Assembly: GCA_963667785.2 (NCBI GenBank)
Contig: CAXXMU010000002.1
Location: forward strand, 704,001-768,000
Reading direction: 5' to 3'
DNA length: 64,000 nt
Source: Alphaproteobacteria bacterium
Lineage (GTDB): Bacteria; Pseudomonadota; Alphaproteobacteria; UBA828
A model generated the notes under the pieces. That model saw only the letters and a list, made by a program, of their open reading frames with translations. It did not search any database and was not told where the DNA came from. Shown here piece by piece: positions 15,792 through 25,673 of this stretch (position 1 is its first letter; every line of letters begins with the position of its first letter). The position numbers were made by a program, and so were the translations under genes.

Positions 15792-18761
15792 TCACTCTCC
15801 GCCGAGCGCCGCCGCCGGGCCTGCGATCAGGCGATGATAGACGGCGCGGACGCGATCCTGAACGGCGACGATCCTCTCCTCCAGGGCGGCGAAGCTATCT
15901 GCGCCCGTCGCCCGCGCCAGGGTCTCGCGGACGCCGGGCGTGAAGCGCTCGACGTCGCGGTTGGTGCCGACGGTGAGCCTGAGCAGACCCTGGAGCCGCT
16001 GGAGGAAGGCGACCATGTCGGCGAGGTCGAACGCCTCCTCGTTGTCCAGGATGCCGGCCTCTCCCAGCCGGCGGAACATCGACTGCGTCGACTGAACCAG
16101 GATCGAGGGGTGCCGGGTGGCGTGGAGCAGCAGGTGGTATTGGGCGATGAACTCGAGGTCGAGCAGGCCGCCCCGCACATGCTTGAGGCGCCACCGGTTC
16201 CCGGTCTCGCGCTCGCCGGCCACCCGCTCGCGCATCGAGGCCACGTCGGCGAGCAGCCTCTCCGGCTCGCGGCGGGCGCAGAGGACCGCCCTGATCCCCT
16301 CCATCGCCGCAGCCGAGAGGGCATCGTCGCCCGCCACCGGCCTGGCCCGGGTGAGCGCCATGTGCTCCCAGGTCCAGGCGTCCTGCTCGTGGTAGCGGCG
16401 GAAGGCGGCGGCCTCGGTGGCGAGCGGCCCCGATTCGCCTGACGGGCGGAGCCGCGTGTCGATCTCGTAGAGCCGCCCCTCCGCGGTGAGCGCGCTGACG
16501 GCGTGCGAGAGGCGCTGGCTAAAGCGGGCGTAGTAGTGGCTGGGCGCGAGCGCCTGTGCTCCGTCCGAGTGCGTGTCGCCCCCGTCCGGTGCGCCATAGA
16601 GGAAGACGACGTCGAGGTCGCTGTCGAAGGTCAGCTCGCGGCTGCCGAGCTTGCCCATGCCGAGCACGGCGAAGGCGGCGCCCGGCACCGAGCCGTGCCG
16701 CCGGGCGAACTCCTCCTGCACCCGGGGGAGCAACGCCCCGATGACAGTATCGGCGATATCCGAGAGCGCCCCCGACAGCTTGTCCACGGGCACGTCGCCT
16801 CGCAGGATCTGCATGCCGACCTGGAACTCACGCTGGTGCTGCCAGCGCCTCACGCCGTCGAGCATGTGCGGAAACTCGGCCACGGTCGCGAGCGTGCGCT
16901 CGAGATCGTCGTTCAGCTCATCCCGCTCCGGCAGCCGCTGGTGGAGGTCGCCGCTGATGAGTCCTTCGAGCAGGGACGGGTTGCGGCTGAGATGCAGGGC
17001 GATGCGCGGCGCGCTGCCCAGGATCTCGGCAAGGGTGGCGAGCAGGCCAGGATTGTTGTGGAGCAGCAGGAAGGGCTGTACGCCGGACGGCAGCCTGCCG
17101 AGAAACTCGTCGAGCTTGCGGAAGGCGGAGTCCGGATCGGCCGTGTTGGCCAGCGCACGCAGGAGAGCCGGCATCAGCTCGGTCAGAAGCTCGCGCGCGC
17201 GGGTGCTGCGGGTCGCCCGGATGCGGCCGTGGTGCCAGTGGCGTATCGTCGAGGAGACGGCCGGCGCATCGGCGAAGCCCATCCGCGTGAGGCTCGCGAG
17301 GGTGTCGGGATCGTCGTCGGTGCCGGTGAACACCAGGTTGCCGTCCTCGCCGCCGAGCGCCGGCTCGTCCTCGAAGAGCGCGGCATAGTGCCGCTCGACG
17401 GCGTGCACGCGGGCGAGCAATGCGTCCGCAAGGGCGTCCTCGTCGGCAAAGCCGGCGAAGCGGGCGAGTGCGGCGCGGCCCTCGGCATCGTCCGGCACCC
17501 GCCAGACCGGCTCGCCCCCGATCAGCTGCAGGCGCTGCTCAAGCCGGCGGTGAAAGCGGTACGAGGCGATCAGCTCGTCTGCCGTCTCCCGGCTCGCATG
17601 GCTGGCGGCGGCGAGCGCGTCCAGCGCGTCGCAGGTCGCGTGCGCGCGGAGCGCCGGATCACGGCCGCCCCAGATGAGCTGCTGCGTCTGGGCATAGAGC
17701 TCGATCTGGCGAATGCCGCCCCGGCCGAGCTCCATGTCGTGGCCGGCGATATCGGCCAGGCGGCGACCGGGCTCCGCGTTGATCTGGCGCTTGATCGACT
17801 GGATATCCTGAATGGCGGCGAAATCCAGGTACTTGCGCCAGATGAAGGGACGCAGACGCTCGATCATGGCGGCGCCGACGGCCGGATCGCCGGCGACCGG
17901 GCGCGCCTTGATCATCGCGGCTCGTTCCCAATTCTGCCCGTGGCTCTCGTAGTACTGCTCGGCCGCCAGGGTGGAGAGCGCGAGCGGCGTGCCGCCGATG
18001 TCGGGCCTGAGCCTGAGGTCGGTCCGGTAGATGCTGCCTTCGTCGGTGCGTTCTTCCAGAATGGCGGTGAGATCGCGAACCAGGCGGTGCAGGATCTCCG
18101 TCGGCTCGCCGCGCCCGCCGCTCTGCACCCGCTCCGGGTCGAACAGCACGACGAGGTCGAGCTCGCTCGCATAGGTGAGCTCGCCCGCTCCCAGCCTGCC
18201 GACGCCGAGAACCGTCAGCCCGCTGGTCGCTGCCGGCTCGTCCCGGTCCGCCGGCGCGAGCGCACCGCGCGCCATGGCCACGTGGAGCAGATGGTTGAGC
18301 GTGCCGGCTAGCACGGCCTCGGCTGTGCGGGTCAGCGCCGCCGATACCGTCTCCAGCGGCCAGGCGCCGGCGAGATCGGCGAGCGCGATGACGAGCGACG
18401 CCCGCCGCTTGGCCGTCCGCAGCCGGATGGCGACGGCGCGACGGTCATCGCTCAGGCAGGCATGGCCGGCGATCTCGTCGAGCGCGCCGCCGAGCGCTGC
18501 CTCGGGCCCGTTTTCCGCCATGGTGCGAAGCTGGCCTGGCTCGCGGGCGAGCGCCCGGCCGAGCGCGGGACTTGAGCCCAACACGCCGTCGAGGAAGGCG
18601 CCGGTGCGCCGCTCGCCGACAAGGGCGCTGGCGAACGCTTCGTCGCTGTCGCCGAGCGCGGCGGCGGCCTGCAGCCATGCCTCCCGACCCGCTTGGGCGC
18701 GCTCGGCCGGGGCCGGGACGGGATGCTCCGCATCGTCTCTGAGGAAGGGCAAGAGGGACAC
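15792..18761 (-). CDS. glnE: Glutamine synthetase adenylyltransferase/adenylyl-removing enzyme; N-terminal site looks degenerate
   Basis: Two nucleotidyltransferase domains; RTDLRLRPD, GQNWERAAMIKARP, GMGKLGSRELTFDSDLD, EIDTRLRPSG and WTWEHMALTRAR motifs. Confidence 0.95.
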   Translation of the reverse strand: MSLLPFLRDDAEHPVPAPAERAQAGREAWLQAAAALGDSDEAFASALVGERRTGAFLDGVLGSSPALGRALAREPGQLRTMAENGPEAALGGALDEIAGHACLSDDRRAVAIRLRTAKRRASLVIALADLAGAWPLETVSAALTRTAEAVLAGTLNHLLHVAMARGALAPADRDEPAATSGLTVLGVGRLGAGELTYASELDLVVLFDPERVQSGGRGEPTEILHRLVRDLTAILEERTDEGSIYRTDLRLRPDIGGTPLALSTLAAEQYYESHGQNWERAAMIKARPVAGDPAVGAAMIERLRPFIWRKYLDFAAIQDIQSIKRQINAEPGRRLADIAGHDMELGRGGIRQIELYAQTQQLIWGGRDPALRAHATCDALDALAAASHASRETADELIASYRFHRRLEQRLQLIGGEPVWRVPDDAEGRAALARFAGFADEDALADALLARVHAVERHYAALFEDEPALGGEDGNLVFTGTDDDPDTLASLTRMGFADAPAVSSTIRHWHHGRIRATRSTRARELLTELMPALLRALANTADPDSAFRKLDEFLGRLPSGVQPFLLLHNNPGLLATLAEILGSAPRIALHLSRNPSLLEGLISGDLHQRLPERDELNDDLERTLATVAEFPHMLDGVRRWQHQREFQVGMQILRGDVPVDKLSGALSDIADTVIGALLPRVQEEFARRHGSVPGAAFAVLGMGKLGSRELTFDSDLDVVFLYGAPDGGDTHSDGAQALAPSHYYARFSQRLSHAVSALTAEGRLYEIDTRLRPSGESGPLATEAAAFRRYHEQDAWTWEHMALTRARPVAGDDALSAAAMEGIRAVLCARREPERLLADVASMRERVAGERETGNRWRLKHVRGGLLDLEFIAQYHLLLHATRHPSILVQSTQSMFRRLGEAGILDNEEAFDLADMVAFLQRLQGLLRLTVGTNRDVERFTPGVRETLARATGADSFAALEERIVAVQDRVRAVYHRLIAGPAAALGGE

Positions 18762-18852
18762 CGCGCACCGATTGTATTACAAGGATCGGCGGCGGGAACA
18801 GGCAAAGGGGGCGCAGGGGCGCGGCAGCAGCGGCCGTCTCCGGACCACCGAG

Positions 18853-21800
18853 ATGAGATCGACGGCCCGCGTCGCTCTCCACGTATTCGGCGCGCTGTTC
18901 GGCGCACTGGCCGTCGTCTTCGGCCTGGGCGCCTGGCGCCTGACCGAGGGGCCGCTCTCGCTCGGCTTCCTCTCTCCCTACGTGGAGGAGGCCCTGCATG
19001 GCGAGGACCTCTCCTACCGCTTCGAATTCGAGGACACTCTCCTGGTCTGGGCCGGCTGGGGCCATCCGCTCGAAATCCAGCTGACCGATCTGCGCATCGC
19101 GGATACCGAGGGCGAAACCCTGGCACAGGTGCCGGCGGCGGCGATCGGACTGAGCGGCGCGGCGCTTCTGCGAGGCGTCGTCGCGCCGACCTCGATCGAG
19201 CTTCGGGAGCCGCGCCTCGGCCTGGTTCGCAGCCTCGACGGCCAGCTTCACCTCGCCGGCAGCGGAGACGGCCGCGTGGAGGCGGGCGCTGCCGACGCCG
19301 GCGCCACCGACTCCAGCGACGCCGCCGACGATCTGGTGGCCGACCTGCTCGACCCGCCCCGCGAGGACCACCCGATGGCACGGCTCCGGCGCGTCGCCCT
19401 CAGCGACGCCGCCGTGGACCTCCACGACGAGGCGTCCGGTCTCACCTGGACGTCTCCCACTACCGACCTCACCCTCGATCTGGACGGGGCCTCGATCGTC
19501 GGCCACCTCTCCGCGGACCTGCACGTGCAGGACGCCGAAGCGCATCTGGAGGTGCAGCTTTTCCACCATCGGGAGACCGGGATGGGCAGCGCCGCGGTCA
19601 CGTTCGCGGGGCTCGAACCGATGCAGCTCGCCGCCATCGCACCCGAGTTCGGGGACTTGGGCGGGTGGAGGCTCCCGCTTTCTGGCACCGTGACCGTCGA
19701 TGTGGCGCCGGGGAGCGCCTTCGGCGGCGCCGTCTTCGACATCACGGGCGGGCCCGGCGAGGTCGCTCTGCCGGCGGTCTTTCCCGCGCCGGTGCCGGTA
19801 CGCAGGCTCGCCGCCTCAGGCTCCGTCGACGACACGCTCACGCGGCTGGTCCTCGATTCGTTCACCGTCGGCACGGACCGCCCGAGCGTCTCCCTCGAGG
19901 GAGAGATCTGGGAGGCGGACGCGGGCATCGGCGTGCGCGGAAGTGTCCGGGTGCGCGACATGCCGTTCGACTCGCTCGGCGACTATTGGCCAGAGGACAT
20001 CCTCGAGGAGGACCGCACCTGGATCGTCGACAGCATCAAGGGCGGCACGATCACCGCCTTCGACGCGACGCTCGATATCGCGCCCGGCGCGCTGGAGGAG
20101 GGCGGGGCCGGCGCCGCCTCGGCGGCCGGCACGCTCGCGTTCGAGAATGCGGGCATCCGCTACGCGGGTGCGGCGCCGGCAGCCGAGGGAGGCGACAGCA
20201 TTCAGCTCCCGCTCACCGGCACCGTGACCTTCGATCTGGCGCCGGAGAAGGGCGCCGGCGGCGCCTTCTTCGACATCACGGGCGGGCCCGGCGAGGTCGT
20301 CCTGCCGGCGGTCTTTCCCGCGCCCGTGCCGATACGCACGCTCGCCATCTCGGGCTCCGTCGACGAGACGCTCTCGCGGCTGGTCCTCGATTCCCTCACC
20401 GTCGACACCGACCGCCCGAGTGTCTCCCTCGAGGGAGAGATCTGGGAGGCGGACGCTGGTATCGGCGTGCGCGGAGACTTCCGGATGCGGGACATGCCGT
20501 TCGAATCGCTCGGCGACTACTGGCCCGAGGACTTCCTGGAGGAGGGGCGCGAGTGGATCGTCGACAACGTCAGGGGCGGCACGATCACCGGCTTCGACGC
20601 GGCGCTCGAAATAGCACCCGGCGCGCTGGAGGAGGGCGCGGCCGGCGGCGCGTCTGGGTCCGGCACGCTCGCGTTCGAGAACGCCGGCATCCGGTACGCG
20701 CGCGCGTCGCCGGCAGCCGAGGGGAGCGACAGCATCCGGCTCCCGCTCTCCGGCACCGTGACCTTCGACCTGGCGCCGGAGAGCGCCCCCGGTGGCGCCT
20801 TCTTCGACGTCACAGGCGGGCCCGGCGAGATCATCCTGCCGGATGTATTCAGCGCGCCGGTGCCGATACGCCGGCTCGCCGCCCGGGGCTCGGTCGACGA
20901 CACGCTCACGCGGCTCGAGTTCGACTCGCTCACCGTCGAATCCGACCGCCCGAGCTTCTCCCTCGACGGGGAGATCTGGCAGGCCGACGCAGGCATCGGG
21001 GTGCGCGGCAATTTCCGCATGCGCGACGTGCCGTTCGAGTCTCTCGGAACCTACTGGCCGACGGCGCTTCTCGGTCCGGGCCGCAACTGGATCGTCAATA
21101 ACGTCGAGGACGGCGTGATCAGCCAATTCGACGCCGCGCTCGATCTTCCGCCCGGCGCGCTGGAGGAGGGTCGATTCGGTGCCGATGCGGCGGCCGGCAC
21201 GCTCGCGTTCGAGAATGCGAGCGTACACTACCTGCGCCCGCTGCCGGCGGTGGAGGGGGTCGACGGCACCGGGCGCTTCACCGGCGATTCGCTCGCGCTC
21301 GAGATGAGCGGCGGGCGCATCGGGGGCGTCACGGGCTCCCGCGGCAGCGCCCTCCTGAGCGACTTCTATTCGGCGGAGCCCCGGCTCTCCACGATGATCG
21401 AGGCCGAAGGACCAGTGGACGAGGCCCTGGCGCTGCTCGACCATCCCCGACTCGCGCTGGTGACGAAGACGGGCCTGCAGCCGAGCGGGGCCGGCGGCCG
21501 GGTGCAGACGCTCTTCACGGTCTCTCTGCCGCTGATCGGTTCGCTGACGGCCGAGCAGGTCGACGTGAGCGCGGTGGCGCGGCTGCAAGATGCCCGGCTG
21601 GACGGCATCGCCGGCCTCGTCGACCTGACGGCGGGGGCGCTGAGCCTCGGCGTCGACAACAGGAGCATGGACGTGCGCGGCACGGCCCGCCTTCAGGGCA
21701 TGCCGGCGACGATCTCCTGGCAGGAGGGGATCGGCGACGATGCTCCGCTCGCGCGGCGCTTCGACGTATCCACGACGGTGACGCGGGAAGGGCAGGCCGC

Positions 21801-23034
21801 GCTGGGGCTCGATCTCGCGCCTCATGTGCAGGGGAGCCTGGCGGTCGAGGCGCAGTACGACGATCCGGGCGGCGACGAGGTGCCGCGGGCGGAGCTCCGC
21901 TTCGACGCGACGGAGGCGCAGTTCTTGATTCCGGATCTGTACTGGTCCAAGCCCGCCGGCGAGCCCGGGAGCGTGCACGTCCTCGCCGCTTTTTCCCCCG
22001 ACGGCTCGGTGGAGCTCACCCGGGTCGAGGTGGACACGGAGACGCTCAGCGCCGTCGGCCGGGCGACGCTCGCACCCGGACTAGGCACGGTGCGCGACAT
22101 CACCATCGAGAGCCTGCGCAACGGGACGAACGACATCGCCGGCCGAATCGAGATCGACGACGGGATCGCGCGGGTCTCGATTCGAGGGTCCAGCTTCGAC
22201 GCGCGGCCCTATCTCGACAGTCTGATGGACGAGAGCGAGTCCCGATCCGGCGCGCTTACCCTCGATCTCGATATCGAGCGGCTCGTGGTCGACGACGACG
22301 GGCAGCTAACCAATGTCCGCGCCCGTTTCGAATCGGATTCCGGGGGCCGCCACGCCGGCTTCATGGAGGGAACGCTCGCGACCGGCGTGCCCATGCACTT
22401 CTCGGTGGAACCGCACGAGAACAAGCGCAGAGTGACCGTCCGCTCCAGCGACGCCGGCGCGGTGGCCCACGCCTTCGACATCTACGACAATGCCGTCGGC
22501 GGCGAGCTTCTGCTTGAGGCGGTGCTGCACGATGACCGGCCGGGCGTGCCCATTACCGGCACGGTCAGGATAGACGACTACCGCGTGATCAACGCGCCGA
22601 CCCTCGCGCAGCTCCTCTCCATCGCCACGCTGTTCGGCCTGGTGGACATCCTGCGGGGCGATGGCATCGCGTTCTCGGAACTGGAGATGCCCTTCTCGAT
22701 CGAAGACGACGTCCTGACCATCCGGGAGGCTCGAACGTCCGGCTTCGTCGTCGGCGTCAATGCGGAAGGAACCGTCGATCTCGAAACGGAGCGGGTGAAC
22801 ATGCGGGGCACGATCGTTCCGGCCCATACGCTCAACACCCTCGTCGAGGTCGTTCCCGTGATCGGCGAGCTGCTGACCGGCGGGAAGGGCGAGGGGCTGT
22901 TCGCGGCCGCCTACCAGGTCAGCGGCACGACCGAGGAGCCGGAAATCCAGGTGAACCCGCTCACCGTGCTCACGCCAGGCTTCCTCCGCAACCTGTTCTC
23001 GTTTCTGGGCGGGAGAAGCGACGAGGAAGAGTAA
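18853..23034 (+). CDS. AsmA-like / YhdP-type (DUF3971 + AsmA2-like C terminus) envelope bridge protein with internal triple repeat, 1393 aa
   Basis: N-terminal TM segment followed by WRLTEGPLSL; beta-rich body; C-terminal GTIVPAHTLN...VPVIGELLTGG..EGLFAAAYQVSG..EP.I.VNPLTVLTPGFLR. Divergent from glnE, as is typical in Alphaproteobacteria. Start re-assigned to ATG 18853 because the ORF-track start overlaps glnE. Confidence 0.88.
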   Translation: MRSTARVALHVFGALFGALAVVFGLGAWRLTEGPLSLGFLSPYVEEALHGEDLSYRFEFEDTLLVWAGWGHPLEIQLTDLRIADTEGETLAQVPAAAIGLSGAALLRGVVAPTSIELREPRLGLVRSLDGQLHLAGSGDGRVEAGAADAGATDSSDAADDLVADLLDPPREDHPMARLRRVALSDAAVDLHDEASGLTWTSPTTDLTLDLDGASIVGHLSADLHVQDAEAHLEVQLFHHRETGMGSAAVTFAGLEPMQLAAIAPEFGDLGGWRLPLSGTVTVDVAPGSAFGGAVFDITGGPGEVALPAVFPAPVPVRRLAASGSVDDTLTRLVLDSFTVGTDRPSVSLEGEIWEADAGIGVRGSVRVRDMPFDSLGDYWPEDILEEDRTWIVDSIKGGTITAFDATLDIAPGALEEGGAGAASAAGTLAFENAGIRYAGAAPAAEGGDSIQLPLTGTVTFDLAPEKGAGGAFFDITGGPGEVVLPAVFPAPVPIRTLAISGSVDETLSRLVLDSLTVDTDRPSVSLEGEIWEADAGIGVRGDFRMRDMPFESLGDYWPEDFLEEGREWIVDNVRGGTITGFDAALEIAPGALEEGAAGGASGSGTLAFENAGIRYARASPAAEGSDSIRLPLSGTVTFDLAPESAPGGAFFDVTGGPGEIILPDVFSAPVPIRRLAARGSVDDTLTRLEFDSLTVESDRPSFSLDGEIWQADAGIGVRGNFRMRDVPFESLGTYWPTALLGPGRNWIVNNVEDGVISQFDAALDLPPGALEEGRFGADAAAGTLAFENASVHYLRPLPAVEGVDGTGRFTGDSLALEMSGGRIGGVTGSRGSALLSDFYSAEPRLSTMIEAEGPVDEALALLDHPRLALVTKTGLQPSGAGGRVQTLFTVSLPLIGSLTAEQVDVSAVARLQDARLDGIAGLVDLTAGALSLGVDNRSMDVRGTARLQGMPATISWQEGIGDDAPLARRFDVSTTVTREGQAALGLDLAPHVQGSLAVEAQYDDPGGDEVPRAELRFDATEAQFLIPDLYWSKPAGEPGSVHVLAAFSPDGSVELTRVEVDTETLSAVGRATLAPGLGTVRDITIESLRNGTNDIAGRIEIDDGIARVSIRGSSFDARPYLDSLMDESESRSGALTLDLDIERLVVDDDGQLTNVRARFESDSGGRHAGFMEGTLATGVPMHFSVEPHENKRRVTVRSSDAGAVAHAFDIYDNAVGGELLLEAVLHDDRPGVPITGTVRIDDYRVINAPTLAQLLSIATLFGLVDILRGDGIAFSELEMPFSIEDDVLTIREARTSGFVVGVNAEGTVDLETERVNMRGTIVPAHTLNTLVEVVPVIGELLTGGKGEGLFAAAYQVSGTTEEPEIQVNPLTVLTPGFLRNLFSFLGGRSDEEE
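19672..21231 (+). repeat. Three tandem in-frame 534-bp (178 aa) repeats; third unit slightly shorter
   Basis: Units begin CTCCCGCT(T/C)...GGCACCGTGACC at 19672, 20206 and 20740. Each encodes LPL(S/T)GTVT.D.AP...FD.TGGPGE...GSVD.TL.RL...GEIW.ADAGIGVRG...YWP...GTLAFENA. Confidence 0.95.
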
Positions 23035-23061
23035 GCCGGCGAACGCCGCCGTCGTGCGCGT

Positions 23062-23727
23062 CTAGCCTGCCCGTGGCGGGGAGGGCGCGGCCTCACCCCC
23101 GACATTGCCGGAGGCCGCAAGCTCGAAGACCCGCTCGAAGATGTCCGGCTCCTGCGCGCCGGTCACCGCGTAGCGCCCCTCGAAGATGAAGCAGGGCACG
23201 CCCGAAATGCCCGTGCGGCTGGCAGCCTCGCTCTCCTGCCGGACCTCGTCGATGCCCCCGCTTCCCGCCAGGAAGCGGCGCACCTCGTCTTCGTCGAGGC
23301 CGCCGTCCGCGCCGGCTCGTGCGAGAACGGCGCCGTCGCCGATGTCCTCGGCCTGCTCGAAATAGCGGCGGAACAGGGCCTCGACCACCTCGTCCTGCAC
23401 CCCGCGCTCGCCTGCGAAGGCGATCAGGCGGTGCGAATCCACCGTGTTGGGGGTGCGCGCGATGCGGTCGAAGGCGAAGCGGATGCCTTCCGCCTCGCCG
23501 GCCTGCTCGATCATGCCGAAAATCTCGGCGACGCGCTCCTCGGAGCCGAACTTCGCCACCATGTAGCGCTGCCGGTCGACGCCTTCGGCGGGCATGTCCG
23601 GGTTGAGCTGGAACGGGCGCCACTCGACCGCGAGATCGGCCGGACGGCCGGCGTGGGCACGCTCGAACCGGCGCTTGCCGATGTAGCACCAGGGACAAAT
23701 CGTGTCGGAGACGATGGCAACCTGCAT
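23062..23727 (-). CDS. DsbA/FrnE family oxidoreductase
   Basis: VSDTICPWCYIG, WRPFQLNP and GISGVPCF motifs; start re-assigned to 23727. Confidence 0.9.
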   Translation of the reverse strand: MQVAIVSDTICPWCYIGKRRFERAHAGRPADLAVEWRPFQLNPDMPAEGVDRQRYMVAKFGSEERVAEIFGMIEQAGEAEGIRFAFDRIARTPNTVDSHRLIAFAGERGVQDEVVEALFRRYFEQAEDIGDGAVLARAGADGGLDEDEVRRFLAGSGGIDEVRQESEAASRTGISGVPCFIFEGRYAVTGAQEPDIFERVFELAASGNVGGEAAPSPPRAG

Positions 23728-23857
23728 CGGCGGAGTATAGCCGCCCGCCCGGGGCGGCGCGAGCGCACGCCCCGCCTGCCGCGAGGGCGCCCGATCTTGA
23801 CGCTGCGCCCGCCCACCGCCGACCATGGGCGCATCGGCGGCGAAGGAGAGCGGAGGC

Positions 23858-25552
23858 GTGTCGGACAAGAACCGCTACGAGCGCGGGCTCGAACGGGTAT
23901 CGGCCAACCATGCGGCGCTCACGCCCTGCGACTTCATGGCGCGGGCGGCCGCGATCTACCCGGCGCGGACGGCCGTGGTGCACGGCGCGCTGCGGCGGAG
24001 CTATGGCGAGACCTATGCGCGCTGCCGGCGGCTGGCAGGCGCGCTCGCCGGGCGCGGCATCGGCATCGGCGATACGGTCTCCATCATCGCGCCGAACGTG
24101 CCGGCGATGCTGGAGGCCCATTTCGGCGTGCCCATGGCCGGTGCGGTGCTGAACGCGCTCAACACCCGCCTCGATCCCGCTTCCATCGCAGGCATGCTCG
24201 CGCATGCGCGCTCCCGCGTGCTGATCGCCGATTCCGCCCTTGCCGGCGTGGTGGAGGAGGCGCTGGCAGGGCTCGACCACCGCCCGCACGTGGTGGCGAT
24301 CGAGGACGACGATGCGGAGGGTGGCGGGACGGGAACGGGGAGCGGCTTCGCCGACGAGGACTACGAGGCGCTGCTCGCCACCGGCGCGCCGGACTTCGAC
24401 TGGCCCTGGCCCGAAGACGAGTGGCAGGCGATCTCGCTCAACTACACGTCTGGCACCACGGGCCGGCCGAAGGGCGTGGTCTATCACCACCGCGGCGCCT
24501 ACCTGAACGCGCTCAGCAATGTGCTGATGAACGGGATGACCCGGGACGCGGTCTATCTCTGGACGCTGCCGATGTTCCACTGCAACGGCTGGACCCATAT
24601 CTGGGCCGTGACCGCGGCGGCGGGCACGCACGTCTGCCTGCGCCGGCCGGAGCCGGCGGAGGTGTTCCGGCTGATCGCCGAGGAGGGGGTGACCCACATG
24701 GCCGGCGCACCGGTCGTGCTCGGCATGCTGATCAACGCGCCGGAGAGCGAGAAGCGCCGCTTCGACCATGTGGTGGAGGTCGCCACCGGGGGCGCGGCCC
24801 CGCCGGCGCCGGTGATCGCGGCCATGGAGGCGATGGGCTTCAACGTCACCCATCTCTACGGGCTCACCGAGGTCTACGGGCCGGCGCTCGTGGCGGCGCC
24901 GCAGGAGGGCTGGCCGGCGCTGCCGCTGGAAAAGCGCGCGGCGCTGATGGCGCGCCAGGGCGTGCGGCATCACGCAATCCGGGGCGCCATGGTGGCGGAC
25001 CCGGAGACGCTCGCGCCGGTGCCGGCCGACGGCACCACCACCGGCGAGATCATGCTGCGCGGCAACACGGTGATGAAGGGCTATCTCGAGGATGCCGACG
25101 CCACCGCCGAGGCCTTCCGCGGCGGCTGGTTCCACAGCGGCGACCTCGCCGTGACCCATCCCGACGGCTACATCCAGATCACCGACCGCGCCAAGGACAT
25201 CATCATCTCCGGCGGCGAGAACATCTCCAGCATCGAGGTGGAGAACGCGCTCTATGGTCACGAGGCCGTGCTCGAGGCGGCGGTGGTCGCGCGGCCGGAC
25301 GAGAGGTGGGGCGAGACGCCGTGCGCCTTCGTCGCTCTGAAGCCCGGCGCCGGGGCGACCACGGAGGAAGCGCTGGTCGAGCATTGCCGGACGCGCCTCG
25401 CCCGCTTCAAGGTGCCGCGCACGTTCGTCTTCGGCGGGCTGCCGAAGACGGCGACGGGCAAGATCATGAAGTACGAGCTGCGGGAGCGTGCTCGCGCGCT
25501 TTCCGAAGACGCGGACGAAGGGAACGAGAGGGAAGCACGAAAGGCGGGCTGA
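23858..25552 (+). CDS. Acyl-CoA synthetase (AMP-forming; medium-chain/DmdB-like subgroup)
   Basis: YTSGTTGRPKGV, HLYGLTEVYGP, GWFHSGDL, DIIISGGENISS and LPKTATGK motifs; GTG start after AAGGAG (alternative ATG 23825). Confidence 0.9.
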   Translation: MSDKNRYERGLERVSANHAALTPCDFMARAAAIYPARTAVVHGALRRSYGETYARCRRLAGALAGRGIGIGDTVSIIAPNVPAMLEAHFGVPMAGAVLNALNTRLDPASIAGMLAHARSRVLIADSALAGVVEEALAGLDHRPHVVAIEDDDAEGGGTGTGSGFADEDYEALLATGAPDFDWPWPEDEWQAISLNYTSGTTGRPKGVVYHHRGAYLNALSNVLMNGMTRDAVYLWTLPMFHCNGWTHIWAVTAAAGTHVCLRRPEPAEVFRLIAEEGVTHMAGAPVVLGMLINAPESEKRRFDHVVEVATGGAAPPAPVIAAMEAMGFNVTHLYGLTEVYGPALVAAPQEGWPALPLEKRAALMARQGVRHHAIRGAMVADPETLAPVPADGTTTGEIMLRGNTVMKGYLEDADATAEAFRGGWFHSGDLAVTHPDGYIQITDRAKDIIISGGENISSIEVENALYGHEAVLEAAVVARPDERWGETPCAFVALKPGAGATTEEALVEHCRTRLARFKVPRTFVFGGLPKTATGKIMKYELRERARALSEDADEGNEREARKAG

Positions 25553-25595
25553 GCGGCCGTTGCGGGCCGCTCTCTTCCGCCTTGTCTTTATTTCA
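25551..25595 (+). terminator. Putative intrinsic terminator hairpin
   Basis: GAGCGGCC-GTTGCG-GGCCGCTC stem-loop at the stop codon, followed by a pyrimidine/T-rich tract, between convergent genes. Confidence 0.45.
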
Positions 25596-25673
25596 TATCA
25601 ATAAAATACCCGCCTTTTCGCGTAATCCATCTGAAGATCTTCGGTGGTTATCGGGCGCCCCGCCGCCGGCCGG

